Shown piece after piece: positions 28,110 to 38,144 of a stretch of 64,000 nucleotides of DNA. Source of the DNA: a virus. The stretch covers positions 12,437 to 76,436 of the IMG/VR virus record IMGVR_UViG_3300046007_012472; one strand, written 5' to 3'. The notes beneath the pieces are model-generated. The model saw nothing but the letters and a program-made list of their open reading frames with translations. It searched no databases and was not told the DNA's origin. How positions within the stretch are numbered: the stretch's first letter is position 1; the number at the start of each line of letters is the position of its first letter. A program made the position numbers and the translations under genes.

Positions 28110-29069
28110 TTAGTTTTTTAGGTACACTTCTTTGAATTTTTCCATCACTTTACTTGGCTCGTAGTCTCTGTATGCATTCCAATCTTTTCCATTTATGTCG
28201 GCGTGAGATATATTGGAAAGTATATTTGAAATATCTTCTTTGGTATTGTAATAAATGCCTTTTTCTTGGAGTATGTCGATATGGCTTCTTTCTCTGGAAC
28301 CGAACCAAGTTATAACTGGTTTATTTCTTATTGAAAACTCACCACAAGCCATCCCAAAAGATTCTCCTACAGTCCTTGCGTGCAGCATTGCATCGCATGT
28401 GTTTATGAACTTTACCTTGTAATTGGCATCTGTGGAGCCGGGAAGGAATATCACTCTATCATGATCTATGAATCTTTCTGTGTATTGAAACACAAACCAA
28501 ATGTCCGATCTTTTGTCTATGATTTCCTTGATCGCTTCTTTTACGAAAGGAATATCGAATGTCTCAAAACCCCCATTCCTACCGAACACAAAAGCATCAA
28601 CAGGTATATTCAATTCTTTTCTTAGATTTTCTTCCCCTGCTGGAAGGTGAACTATGTAAGGAACATAAGGTATTTTGTGATCAACCAAAGAAGAGAGCCA
28701 ACGAGAACCTGTAGCAAATACATCTCCATGGACATCATTCATGGAACAGATCGCAATAGCGTTTACAAGATTTTTGCAAACCGTTGATATTACACCATCC
28801 GGTCTTCCACCCTTTTCCATGAAAAAATAATCACAAGCATTGTCTAGAAGGATATTGTCTATTTGAGAGACATGATCATAATGAAACACATTTCCATTGA
28901 AAGTGTTTTTAAACTTTTCGATCACTGTTTCATTGTTTGCACTATGTCTGGAATTGTATAATATTATTGGCTCAATTTGCAATAATTCTCTTGCCCAATA
29001 TGCCCAATTATAAATGGCTACTGTAGTACCGAATAAAGACAAAGCATTATCATGAAATGCAATTTTCAT
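28110..29069 (-). CDS. GT-B (GT4-like) glycosyltransferase
   Basis: CDAMLHAR..GESFGMACGE, KPVIT. Confidence 0.75.
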   Translation of the reverse strand: MKIAFHDNALSLFGTTVAIYNWAYWARELLQIEPIILYNSRHSANNETVIEKFKNTFNGNVFHYDHVSQIDNILLDNACDYFFMEKGGRPDGVISTVCKNLVNAIAICSMNDVHGDVFATGSRWLSSLVDHKIPYVPYIVHLPAGEENLRKELNIPVDAFVFGRNGGFETFDIPFVKEAIKEIIDKRSDIWFVFQYTERFIDHDRVIFLPGSTDANYKVKFINTCDAMLHARTVGESFGMACGEFSIRNKPVITWFGSRERSHIDILQEKGIYYNTKEDISNILSNISHADINGKDWNAYRDYEPSKVMEKFKEVYLKN

Positions 29070-29706
29070 TATATTTTTCCAATTTTATGAACAATAAATC
29101 TTGCTGAATTAGTGTATTATTGGGAGTGATTTGATTTTCTATTACGCAATCTACAACAAATCCATTTTTGTCCATAAATTCGACTACATCTCTTTGTGAA
29201 GGACATCCTTCATTGTAATTTGAAATATCTGTTTCTGCCAACACTAGTTTTGCATTAGATAAGGTTTTTGGACAACTTTTTAAAATGTCCAATTCACTTC
29301 CTTGTGTGTCTAATTTTATAAAATCAAACAAAAAATTTGCAAAAGAAGATTTTTCTAAAATAGAATCTAGTGTATCGGTTTGTATTTCTTGAACAAGCAA
29401 ATTATCTCCCTCATAGCAGTGTGTATTTTCTTTATATAAAGAATGTCCTGTGCCCGTAGAGTCATTCTTCATTCTATAAAATTTTTTAATACTTTTGGAA
29501 TCTGATGGACAAGAAATAATATAATTTAATCCGAGCTGTCTTAAATATGGTTCACAATCGGTGTTTGGTTCAATGCAAAGGACAAACATTTCAGGAAAAA
29601 TAGACTTTATTTCTGTTGAAAATTGTCCAATATTTGCACCAATATCTAAGACTGTTTTTACATTGTGTTTTGCTATTTGTTGATATAGTTTTATTGTATT
29701 TTTCAT
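29050..29706 (-). CDS. FkbM-family methyltransferase
   Basis: LDIGANIGQF, IEPN, TLD, IKLDTQGSELDIL. Confidence 0.9.
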   Translation of the reverse strand: MKNTIKLYQQIAKHNVKTVLDIGANIGQFSTEIKSIFPEMFVLCIEPNTDCEPYLRQLGLNYIISCPSDSKSIKKFYRMKNDSTGTGHSLYKENTHCYEGDNLLVQEIQTDTLDSILEKSSFANFLFDFIKLDTQGSELDILKSCPKTLSNAKLVLAETDISNYNEGCPSQRDVVEFMDKNGFVVDCVIENQITPNNTLIQQDLLFIKLEKYNENCIS

Positions 29707-29717
29707 TTTTCTCCCTA

Positions 29718-30518
29718 TTATATGGCAAATCCAAGCCAGTTTGTGTTGTTTTTTGTAAAACCAAGACCAGTTCTTATAATTCCAAAATGATAATTAAATC
29801 TTTCTATGTTAAGTTTATAATCATCTGCAAATTTTTTGTGATTTGTTTCTATGTGCCAATGTCCTATTCTCATGTAGTTTTCTTTTAACCATTCATAATA
29901 TTGGCAGCATATATCTTTAATAGAATTCTTGTTACCGATTAAAATTTGATCTGTGAGACCCCCATGGTCACAATTTTCAAACCAAGGAATCATCACTTTC
30001 TCATCAGATTCTTTTACCTTGGATTTGAGATATTCTATGGGAAGAGGATCTGGAGTTTCGTGGTCTTGATACCAATTCCCGTAAGGATTTTCTGGAAATT
30101 TTCCCAAAAAAGTATCTACTCTAGTTTTAATCACTATATCATAATTTATTTCGGTTTTGTCTGCGTATTCTCTAAAAAGTTCATACACTCTTTTTGTTCC
30201 ATGAGCTATGGAAAAATTTGCTCCGATATAATTATTTTGCTTTGTTATTTCTCCAACTGGACTAGAATCATAATCCTGAACATCATAAGAAACCACATTC
30301 ATGTTTTCAATTAATTTTTCTATTTTATAAACATCAGATGTGAGTATTTTAACTTTATTTATATTTTCCCACGCTGTTTTATTTTCTCCATTCCATGTAT
30401 GACAAAACACATCAGTAATATTTGAATCGTAAAATTCTGGATGTTTTCGTTTCCAGTCTTTTATTGCCATATCCAAAGAACGCAGATGTCCAGAAAATAA
30501 AAGTGCTATTTTTCCCAT
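29718..30518 (-). CDS. hypothetical, possible glycosyltransferase (SGHLR...TRVD)
   Basis: KIALLFSGHLRS, DVFCHTW, YDIVIKTRVD; similar to next gene. Confidence 0.55.
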   Translation of the reverse strand: MGKIALLFSGHLRSLDMAIKDWKRKHPEFYDSNITDVFCHTWNGENKTAWENINKVKILTSDVYKIEKLIENMNVVSYDVQDYDSSPVGEITKQNNYIGANFSIAHGTKRVYELFREYADKTEINYDIVIKTRVDTFLGKFPENPYGNWYQDHETPDPLPIEYLKSKVKESDEKVMIPWFENCDHGGLTDQILIGNKNSIKDICCQYYEWLKENYMRIGHWHIETNHKKFADDYKLNIERFNYHFGIIRTGLGFTKNNTNWLGFAI

Positions 30519-31273
30519 TATAAATTCCTAAAAATTTCTATATCATTTCTTACAAATGAATGGTGCGATGCTCCATATTTATCTGGAGCAAACGGATGAT
30601 TCATGTCAAAATACATCATATGATCAATTAAGTCTAAATTTTTTATATTTGCTCCAAAAACAGAATGTCCATCTATATTACCACAAATATTGATTAGTTT
30701 ACTTATGTTCAAAATAATAGAAGAATGTTTTTCGATATTAGACCCTGAGCCTATAGTAAAAACAGGATTTTGAACTCTGAATCCATTTGACATGTATGTG
30801 CTTTTATTAAAATCTGATTGATATATTTTTGTATTATCCAATACAGAAAAATCTATTTTGACATTAAGTGCCACATCAAATCGTGTAGATATAACCCAAT
30901 CATATTCTATTTTATTTTCGAATTCATATTCTTTTCTTTTTAAATCCGAAAAATATAAACTATGATAATGAGAATAATTTGAATAAACATATTGATCTGG
31001 AGTTGATCCATCTTTGAACTTTTCCACTAAATTTTTATTTAAAGTTTCTTCAAAACTAAATGCTTTTGGGTGATATAAATCAATAATTTTTTGTTTGAAG
31101 TCACTCAGAGAGGAAGAATAATCCCATGTATGAAAAAACACATCAACATCGATGTCATTTCTATGAATAAGATTTTTATTTTGATATTCTATTGATAAAG
31201 GAGAGTATTCTGAAAAAAGACAAAGACCTCTAGCTTGGCCATGTAAACATAATGCAATTCTTTTTTTACTCAA
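30518..31273 (-). CDS. hypothetical, possible glycosyltransferase (HGQAR...TRFD)
   Basis: RIALCLHGQARG, DVFFHTW, YDWVISTRFD. Confidence 0.55.
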   Translation of the reverse strand: MSKKRIALCLHGQARGLCLFSEYSPLSIEYQNKNLIHRNDIDVDVFFHTWDYSSSLSDFKQKIIDLYHPKAFSFEETLNKNLVEKFKDGSTPDQYVYSNYSHYHSLYFSDLKRKEYEFENKIEYDWVISTRFDVALNVKIDFSVLDNTKIYQSDFNKSTYMSNGFRVQNPVFTIGSGSNIEKHSSIILNISKLINICGNIDGHSVFGANIKNLDLIDHMMYFDMNHPFAPDKYGASHHSFVRNDIEIFRNL

Positions 31274-32391
31274 ATTATACTCACATTTTCATTATGAATT
31301 TTTATTGATTCTATAATTTCATCTTTATATTGGGCAGTTCTTACTATAACAATAGGAGCTTTTTCTTGTTTTATACAAGATGGATTATATATCATCAAAT
31401 TACTCCCATAAAGAAATTTTCCTATTTTATTTTTATCGTTATCTAATACTCCTAATAAATTTTCTACATTTAATCCATATGCAATCAGCATTTGAGTAAA
31501 TATATGACCACCGAAGCAATAGACTTTTTTTCCCTTTATCTGAGAATTTATGTTAATTACATCTTCCACTAAATTTTTTACGAATGTTTCGTATACATTT
31601 TTAGCTATTAATTTATCATAAACTAATTCTTTGGGTTCATTTATTTTTTTAAGTTTGTAAAAACAATTGTGCCGAGAAAACTCATGGATATCTACAATTT
31701 CCAGTCCGGCTATTTTTGACATAAGGTTCATGTAAGCGTGACTGATATAATATGTGTGCTCAAAATTTAATGCATTTAAAAAACCATCCTTTAATTGCTG
31801 TTCAATATTGGGTACAGAAATAATTATAGCACCGTCATCTGTTAACATGTTTTTTATTTTTAACAGTATATCAACTGGATTATAAAAATGTTCTAAAGTA
31901 TGGGAAAGTATTGCTACATCATATTTTTTGTCTGTTTTAACATTTTCAACATAATCCTTAATTATTTTTATTTTTGAATTTGTTTTACCATCATACAACC
32001 CAGCAGACAAATCACAAACAGTATATGATATAATTGAAGAATTTTCGCAAACTGCATTTGCTATCTTCATATTTGCTCCGCCAATGTCTATAGCATTTTT
32101 TGGATTATTAAAAACGATATAATTTGACAACTCTTGATTATGCAATTCCCATGTTTTTCCTATTGCTGGGTTGTGTGGTTTTTTATAAAGAACTTTTGGA
32201 TCAATAAGATTACTTAATTGAACACATCCACAATTTGAACATGAGGAAAATTCCATGTTTTCATATAATTGAATTTCATCTTTATCTCTGATTCCCATAT
32301 AGACAGGAAAATCTTTTATTATATGAAAAAATTCTAAATTTTCTTTGCATAATGCACAATTTGTCCTTCTTATCATTTTAAATTCCTTCAC
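31270..32391 (-). CDS. SAM-dependent methyltransferase, NDP-sugar C-methyltransferase-like
   Basis: CALC...CSNCGCVQL Zn site, IDIGG, SHTLEH, SVPN, FEHTYY, C-terminal DNDKNKIGK. Confidence 0.75.
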   Translation of the reverse strand: MKEFKMIRRTNCALCKENLEFFHIIKDFPVYMGIRDKDEIQLYENMEFSSCSNCGCVQLSNLIDPKVLYKKPHNPAIGKTWELHNQELSNYIVFNNPKNAIDIGGANMKIANAVCENSSIISYTVCDLSAGLYDGKTNSKIKIIKDYVENVKTDKKYDVAILSHTLEHFYNPVDILLKIKNMLTDDGAIIISVPNIEQQLKDGFLNALNFEHTYYISHAYMNLMSKIAGLEIVDIHEFSRHNCFYKLKKINEPKELVYDKLIAKNVYETFVKNLVEDVININSQIKGKKVYCFGGHIFTQMLIAYGLNVENLLGVLDNDKNKIGKFLYGSNLMIYNPSCIKQEKAPIVIVRTAQYKDEIIESIKIHNENVSII

Positions 32392-33257
32392 ATACTAGAA
32401 AAATTATCATACAATTGATTTCCTAACGAATCCATTTGAGCAAAAAATTGCTTACTGAGTGTAATATTTTTTTCTGTGGTTTCTGGACAATAGTCCTGAT
32501 TTGGGGTTTCTGTCGAAACATACAAATTATTCCAATATGTTGGGAACTCTTCCCAAAGATCACCTTGCCCAATCAAATCCCACACCCGAGTTCCAATCGT
32601 TGGAACAGTTTTGTAATAAACCGAATCCTTTAGACCCTTAATAGTTCTCATGCTGCCGGTAATTATGGCTTGATGTTTTTTGAATTTTTGGTCAGAAAGG
32701 TATTTAAGATGTGAATTTGCATCAATTCCTGCTTCTTCCATTCTACCGGGAATGATGCTTGCATAACATACATTATCATAATTTAATGCTTTTATAATTG
32801 TTCCGCTGTCTGAAATTCCAGTAACATTCAAATACAAATTCTTAAATTCTCCAAATGGACCTTTATTCCAAAAAATAGGTCTATCTGTTTCTCTTAAGAT
32901 ATAACTGAAATGCGGTATTTTCAATGCTATTTTACTTTTACCGGTATCGAATTTTGAAATAAGATTTGCCCATTTAATTATATCAGAAGGACTCATAAAA
33001 GAATTTGGAACTTGAACATAGATTAACGAATTTCCACCACAGATTTCATCCATGGTATCGCTCATGGTCTTTACCAACTTCTCAAGCTCTGCCACTGTAT
33101 GACAGTTAACTTTGGCTAGGGCGTTTGGATTTGTTGTTATGCCCAAACAAGATTTAGACGATATTTTCTTGCCTAACTTGTCCCATATGCGTCTGATTGC
33201 TTCGGTATCTGCTGTGTCAAAGAAAAAGGCTGGAAGTGTAGTTTCTGTTGTATTCAT
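32388..33257 (-). CDS. divergent transaldolase / fructose-6-phosphate aldolase family protein
   Basis: FFDTAD, GITTNP, Schiff-base Lys in ALKIP, LNVT, GR. Confidence 0.75.
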   Translation of the reverse strand: MNTTETTLPAFFFDTADTEAIRRIWDKLGKKISSKSCLGITTNPNALAKVNCHTVAELEKLVKTMSDTMDEICGGNSLIYVQVPNSFMSPSDIIKWANLISKFDTGKSKIALKIPHFSYILRETDRPIFWNKGPFGEFKNLYLNVTGISDSGTIIKALNYDNVCYASIIPGRMEEAGIDANSHLKYLSDQKFKKHQAIITGSMRTIKGLKDSVYYKTVPTIGTRVWDLIGQGDLWEEFPTYWNNLYVSTETPNQDYCPETTEKNITLSKQFFAQMDSLGNQLYDNFSSM

Positions 33258-33259
33258 GT

Positions 33260-33640
33260 TTAAGGATTCTCCGCCGTTCTGTCTCCTTTTATGAGACGGT
33301 CTTTAATTGCTTGTATTGATGTTTTCCAATCGGTATGACGATGAACTGCATCATCGATAAAAAGATCTGCGTGTGGTTTACTCCACCAAATTTCATCATA
33401 TGGAATTTGATGTTTTTCTAACCAATCAAAAAGTATTTTTCCTTGTTTAGCAAGAACTTTTCCTTGATTTCCCCCACAAGTTCTCATGTGTCTTCCTGTA
33501 TGAAGAATGATTGTGTGTCCTTCAGATTTTAACCAACGAATAGTTTCTACTGCTTCTGGAAAAGGATTGACATCGAAATATGTCATGTTTCCTAATTTTC
33601 TTTCACATACTGTATTATCAAGATCAAAGGCAAAAATCAT
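33260..33640 (-). CDS. HAD phosphatase, EcbF/BcbF capsule-biosynthesis type
   Basis: FDLDNT, LHTGRHM, WLEKHQIPYDEI, KPHADLFIDD. Confidence 0.85.
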   Translation of the reverse strand: MIFAFDLDNTVCERKLGNMTYFDVNPFPEAVETIRWLKSEGHTIILHTGRHMRTCGGNQGKVLAKQGKILFDWLEKHQIPYDEIWWSKPHADLFIDDAVHRHTDWKTSIQAIKDRLIKGDRTAENP

Positions 33641-34416
33641 TCTTTCCCTTTCATCATAAAAATATTAACATCTTCGGGGGTTCCAAGAGGAACTACAGAA
33701 TTAACCATATGAACATGCACAGGCTGACCTATTTTTGCATGATGTTTAGGTAACATACTCATGTAATATTCTTCTTTATTTTCTGGTCCTATTGGTGCTA
33801 GATTATCCATTATAAAATCTGCATAATTTTTAAATTGATCCACTCTTGAAAAATAGAATGTTCCAATGAGAGCAGGATAATTTATCCAATTATCGTCCTT
33901 TTCCCTCAATTCTATTGCTAGATTATTTTTTATTCTGGCATTACACCATTTATTTGGGAGTTTTTTGTTCTCGTCGTCAAAACAACAAATTGCCATGGTG
34001 CTCAAGTCGGATGGAAGCGAACTAAAAAAAGTATCCATTCCTGAATGATCGTATTTATTGTCAGAATCTAAAAATAAAATTGGGCTATTCGAAAACTTTA
34101 TTTTGTCACATGCTATTCTTGCAGTTTCCAAATTTCCCCTTGTCACCTGATCAAATGGTATTATTGTTATATTTTCTCCGTATATGGATTTTAAAAATTC
34201 TCCAACACCATCTTCTAGATGTTCTTTTAACACAGCAAAGCATAAATTAATGGTTTTGTCTTGCTCTTTCACATTATGTTTTATAAACGGGCATGATTCT
34301 GTTGTCCATTGCAATATTGTTTTACCGTTTACCATTACCATGGGTTTTGGTACACAATATCCCTTTTCGGTAAAACGATTTCCTTTCCCAGCCATCAATA
34401 TCATTATGTTTAGCAT
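33637..34416 (-). CDS. sugar-phosphate nucleotidyltransferase (GT-A fold)
   Basis: ILMAGKGNRF...PKPMV, TRG, LDSD, LGTPED. Confidence 0.85.
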   Translation of the reverse strand: MLNIMILMAGKGNRFTEKGYCVPKPMVMVNGKTILQWTTESCPFIKHNVKEQDKTINLCFAVLKEHLEDGVGEFLKSIYGENITIIPFDQVTRGNLETARIACDKIKFSNSPILFLDSDNKYDHSGMDTFFSSLPSDLSTMAICCFDDENKKLPNKWCNARIKNNLAIELREKDDNWINYPALIGTFYFSRVDQFKNYADFIMDNLAPIGPENKEEYYMSMLPKHHAKIGQPVHVHMVNSVVPLGTPEDVNIFMMKGKE

Positions 34417-35354
34417 AAATTTTTCATAGCCTCATTTAAATTTTTTATTCCAGTCAAATACATTATCATTTGACGCTTTTTACAATCATAATGTCTAGCA
34501 CACATTCCAACGAATATCAATCCTTCAACAAGACGAATCAAATCAATGTTTTTATCACTAAATATTTTTTTGTATGCATTAAAAGCATCTTGTTTGTTTT
34601 CATTTTCCAACAATTCAATATTATACACTCCTGTTGACTTTTTTTCAACTACAAAACTGTCATTTATGAATAATTCATATCCACCTTCAACTGAATGTAA
34701 TAATTTTGCGCAATCATACATGCTGTCACCATATATTCCTTTTGTTCCAAAGGAACCACGCATGTCTATAAATCTAGAACCTATTTTTGGATGATACAAT
34801 ATATTACTAAAACACATGTCTCCATGAATCATTGTTCTTTTATACAACAGAAGATTTTTTTCTATAAGTGCCTGTATTTTATCCCAAAGTTTTTCAAAAT
34901 TAACATATTCTTTATCATTGATTATTAATTTATCACCAGAAAATAACTCATGGTCGTAATAGGATTTTTTTAAGTTTTCGTATTCATTTTTTGTTTTAGT
35001 TATGTACATGGAAATTGCGTGGCTTTCTGCATCTTTATTTTCTTGAACATAATTGGACATCAATCCAATGGCTTCTTTAATGTTAGAAAAAACAGAAATC
35101 CAATCAAATTTTTCATCTGAAAGCATATATTCTCCGAGATTTTTATACGGATAATATTCAATTACAAGATGATATTTTTGATTTGCAACATAAGAATCTT
35201 TTTTTCTTGGAAAAAGATGTTTTACATTGGAAGGAATCGAGTCGTAATACGCGATTTCATCTAATAGCCTATCGGAAGCACTGCTTTTTTCGACTAGACC
35301 AAAAGGTAAAATTTGTATTGTGTTGTATGCTCTCGTATTAAATGTTTTTTCCAT
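34410..35354 (-). CDS. APH/choline-kinase-like sugar kinase (BcbE C-terminal type)
   Basis: TRAYN, EIAYY, IHGDMCFSNI, IDMRGSFG, GDSMYDCAKLLHS. Confidence 0.8.
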   Translation of the reverse strand: MEKTFNTRAYNTIQILPFGLVEKSSASDRLLDEIAYYDSIPSNVKHLFPRKKDSYVANQKYHLVIEYYPYKNLGEYMLSDEKFDWISVFSNIKEAIGLMSNYVQENKDAESHAISMYITKTKNEYENLKKSYYDHELFSGDKLIINDKEYVNFEKLWDKIQALIEKNLLLYKRTMIHGDMCFSNILYHPKIGSRFIDMRGSFGTKGIYGDSMYDCAKLLHSVEGGYELFINDSFVVEKKSTGVYNIELLENENKQDAFNAYKKIFSDKNIDLIRLVEGLIFVGMCARHYDCKKRQMIMYLTGIKNLNEAMKNLC

Positions 35355-35958
35355 ACTTATGCTCAATAATTTCATCGATGGAAATCATATTTAATTGAAA
35401 ACGCCTAGCCAATTCCTCTAGTTGCGGCAATCTTGCCATAGAACCGTCATCGTTCATTACTTCTATTATGATTGCTACCGGCTTGACTTGAGCCATCAAA
35501 CATAATTCAACACTAGATTCTGTATGACCCTGACGCTCCTTCAGAAGCCCTGGTCTAGCACGAAGAGGAAAAAGGTGTCCGGGCTGTGCAAAATCGCCAG
35601 GAACACTCTGTTCACTTATAAATTTTTTAATAGTCACCATTCGATCGTTCACACTTACTCCAGTGGAAATTCCTTCTGAAGCATCTATGCTATTTGCAAA
35701 TGGTGTTACAAACTTATCTAATTTGTTGCTTTGCATCATTGGAATAGATAATCGTTCCAATCTGTCAGCCATGCAAGGCAAGCACATTATTCCGCGTCCC
35801 CATTTTGCCATAAAAGCTAATGTTTCCGCAGAGGCCATTTCAGCCGCAAGCATCAAATCACCTTCGTTTTCTCTGTCATAACTATCAACTATAATTATAG
35901 GCTTGCCTGATTTTATATCACCCAAAACATTTTTAATATTGCATTCACTTGTATTCAT
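35338..35958 (-). CDS. ribB: 3,4-dihydroxy-2-butanone 4-phosphate synthase
   Basis: DRENEGD, CLP, STGVSVNDR, PGHLFPL, RQGHTES, EVMNDDGSMAR. Confidence 0.93.
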   Translation of the reverse strand: MNTSECNIKNVLGDIKSGKPIIIVDSYDRENEGDLMLAAEMASAETLAFMAKWGRGIMCLPCMADRLERLSIPMMQSNKLDKFVTPFANSIDASEGISTGVSVNDRMVTIKKFISEQSVPGDFAQPGHLFPLRARPGLLKERQGHTESSVELCLMAQVKPVAIIIEVMNDDGSMARLPQLEELARRFQLNMISIDEIIEHKYGKNI

Positions 35959-35995
35959 TTTGTTTGCTCCAATCTTATTTGTATATATTTTGCTT

Positions 35996-36709
35996 TTATT
36001 TGCAGTTTATTGTTTCTTTGTGAGATTCATGGTAATATTCAAACTGTTTCAAATTTCCAACTCTATCTTTTGCGTATATGTTCAACAAAGAGCCCAGCAC
36101 GGGAAGATCTCCCCACCTATTTTTATGTTGCAATTCACTGAAAGCTATTTGCTTCAGGATGGAACTTACAGGTGGTTCACGCCAAAATTGAACACTACTT
36201 ATGCAGACATTGGTGTATGGAAATTTGTGATCATAAAAGAGGCTTGCCGGAACATTTGTTATTGATTCTATAAACTGGGGTAGAGTGGCGTTTGTTGCCT
36301 CATGACTTTCACGGCAAGGCGCGCTAATCAAAAACACCTTGTCATCTATACAAGAAAATGGATCGATTTCAATCTTTGATATAAAGCAATCTTCATCAAC
36401 TCTTAATATAAAATCATATTCTTTCGTATAATTCCAGATGTCATACATGTTGAATTTACACATTCCTGCGTAACCACCCGTCCATATAGAGCTAACATCA
36501 ACGAATTGAATCGTCTTGTCTTGGCTATGTTCTAGTATGAAATCTTGATGCTCTTTGCTGATATTACCCTCATGAAAAATAATGGATTGGTAATGTTTAT
36601 TCATTTTTTCATTCAGATGATGATAAATCAAGTTATTCCTCTGAATAAGCATATAATAGTTATTTACATGGGAATATCCTCTTGTCAAACAAACTATGGC
36701 GTTTTTCAT
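35996..36709 (-). CDS. GT15/KRE2-like glycosyltransferase
   Basis: IIFHE, YAGMCKF, YDFILRVDEDC, YTN, RWGDLP. Confidence 0.7.
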   Translation of the reverse strand: MKNAIVCLTRGYSHVNNYYMLIQRNNLIYHHLNEKMNKHYQSIIFHEGNISKEHQDFILEHSQDKTIQFVDVSSIWTGGYAGMCKFNMYDIWNYTKEYDFILRVDEDCFISKIEIDPFSCIDDKVFLISAPCRESHEATNATLPQFIESITNVPASLFYDHKFPYTNVCISSVQFWREPPVSSILKQIAFSELQHKNRWGDLPVLGSLLNIYAKDRVGNLKQFEYYHESHKETINCK

Positions 36710-37557
36710 AATATTTTCCTCAATTGCTCTTTCAGAAGTTCAAGAGAAGGTTCTTTTCCTTCGAACAAATATTCAGATCGTATTTTCTCATAATCCTCAT
36801 CATTATTGTCCAGTTCTATTATTTTTTCAACAAAAGCATCCATGCTGGGGAAATCGTTTAAGTTTATAAACGATTTGGTGTTGAAATCGTGATTGCAGTG
36901 CTCGTCTGCCCAATATAGGGGAAGGCAACCGGCAACCTTTGCGTGAAGCAATTTTTCTGTGTAATATCCAGGATGAGTTCCATTTTCAAAACAAATGTTG
37001 AATTTATAATTTGATATGATATCATATTTTATATCTTCGCCATTTGAATGATTGCCGAAAGGTGCTCCGAAACATTCAATTGGTTTATATTTTGAAAGTT
37101 TTTGAAGTATTTCTATTCTATTTCTGATTGGATTGCTGAATACTATTGAACAAAACTTGGTTTTAGGACGAACTGAAAATCTACTATTTCTGAGTTCACC
37201 CTGTGGTATGACAAATTTTGGATTCCCGTAACCAATTTTATCGAACCAATCTATCTGAAGCATCCACAATGGAAGTCGGATGTTTCTTCCTTCATAATCG
37301 GAAAAATCAAAGGTTAGGCTATAATCACATTCTTCGTAATTTGGGCGTTTGTTTTCCCCAGTATAGAATATTTTTTTGACCTTTTTCCTGTCGGCAGCGT
37401 GGTGCTCAGACCCAAAACAAGAATAGATTAAAATGTCGGTATTGTCATTTGAGAAAGGTACAATCTCACAAGCAGGATACATGCTTTTTAATAAATCAGA
37501 AAAAAAGTTATTATAAGGGTCAACATCACCCCAAAAATCACAAAATGAAACTTTCAT
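36706..37557 (-). CDS. GT10 fucosyltransferase-like
   Basis: IFYTGEN, RLPLW, YKFNICFEN...GYYTEKL, PLYW. Confidence 0.88.
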   Translation of the reverse strand: MKVSFCDFWGDVDPYNNFFSDLLKSMYPACEIVPFSNDNTDILIYSCFGSEHHAADRKKVKKIFYTGENKRPNYEECDYSLTFDFSDYEGRNIRLPLWMLQIDWFDKIGYGNPKFVIPQGELRNSRFSVRPKTKFCSIVFSNPIRNRIEILQKLSKYKPIECFGAPFGNHSNGEDIKYDIISNYKFNICFENGTHPGYYTEKLLHAKVAGCLPLYWADEHCNHDFNTKSFINLNDFPSMDAFVEKIIELDNNDEDYEKIRSEYLFEGKEPSLELLKEQLRKIL

Positions 37558-38127
37558 TCAATTCTCCACAAATGCAACCAATACATCAGTTTTTCCACTA
37601 AAACCTTCTTCATACACTATTTTGTAGTTGGGATTAATCTCCATCAGTTTGTTTTCTATTCCTTTTACATCATAAAAATTTCTAATAGCCCAGTCAGTAC
37701 GAGCCTTAAAAATTCTAATATCATCGATCATAATCGTATTGTCATTACGGGTTGAAAAATTTTGAATAATATCAAGTTCGTGCATTAAAGGCGAATGCGT
37801 GTTGATATCGGGATGAATATGACTCAAATCCAAATGGGCATCCAACCAAAATGTTATTTTGTCGGTTATAGATGGTAGAATTTTTTGTAACACATCGGCA
37901 CTGTGTCCTAAATGTAGCTCGACATTTCCATTTTTTATTTCAGCTTCAAATCGTTCTGAACAATTTGTATAATATGGTTGCATTATTTCTATGCTTATTA
38001 CTTTTTTTGTTTTGCAATCAAGGGCCATTTGTATTCCATCGCCCATCCATGAACCTGTTTCTAAAAATAAATCGCTTTTGTATTTTTTGTACACAGATTC
38101 AAATAATGTAGTTTTTGTTTCAGACAT
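37558..38127 (-). CDS. class I SAM methyltransferase-like
   Basis: FLETGSWMGDG, SIE, FWLDAH, IMIDDIR. Confidence 0.7.
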   Translation of the reverse strand: MSETKTTLFESVYKKYKSDLFLETGSWMGDGIQMALDCKTKKVISIEIMQPYYTNCSERFEAEIKNGNVELHLGHSADVLQKILPSITDKITFWLDAHLDLSHIHPDINTHSPLMHELDIIQNFSTRNDNTIMIDDIRIFKARTDWAIRNFYDVKGIENKLMEINPNYKIVYEEGFSGKTDVLVAFVEN

Positions 38128-38144
38128 AATTTTTTTCCTTTATT

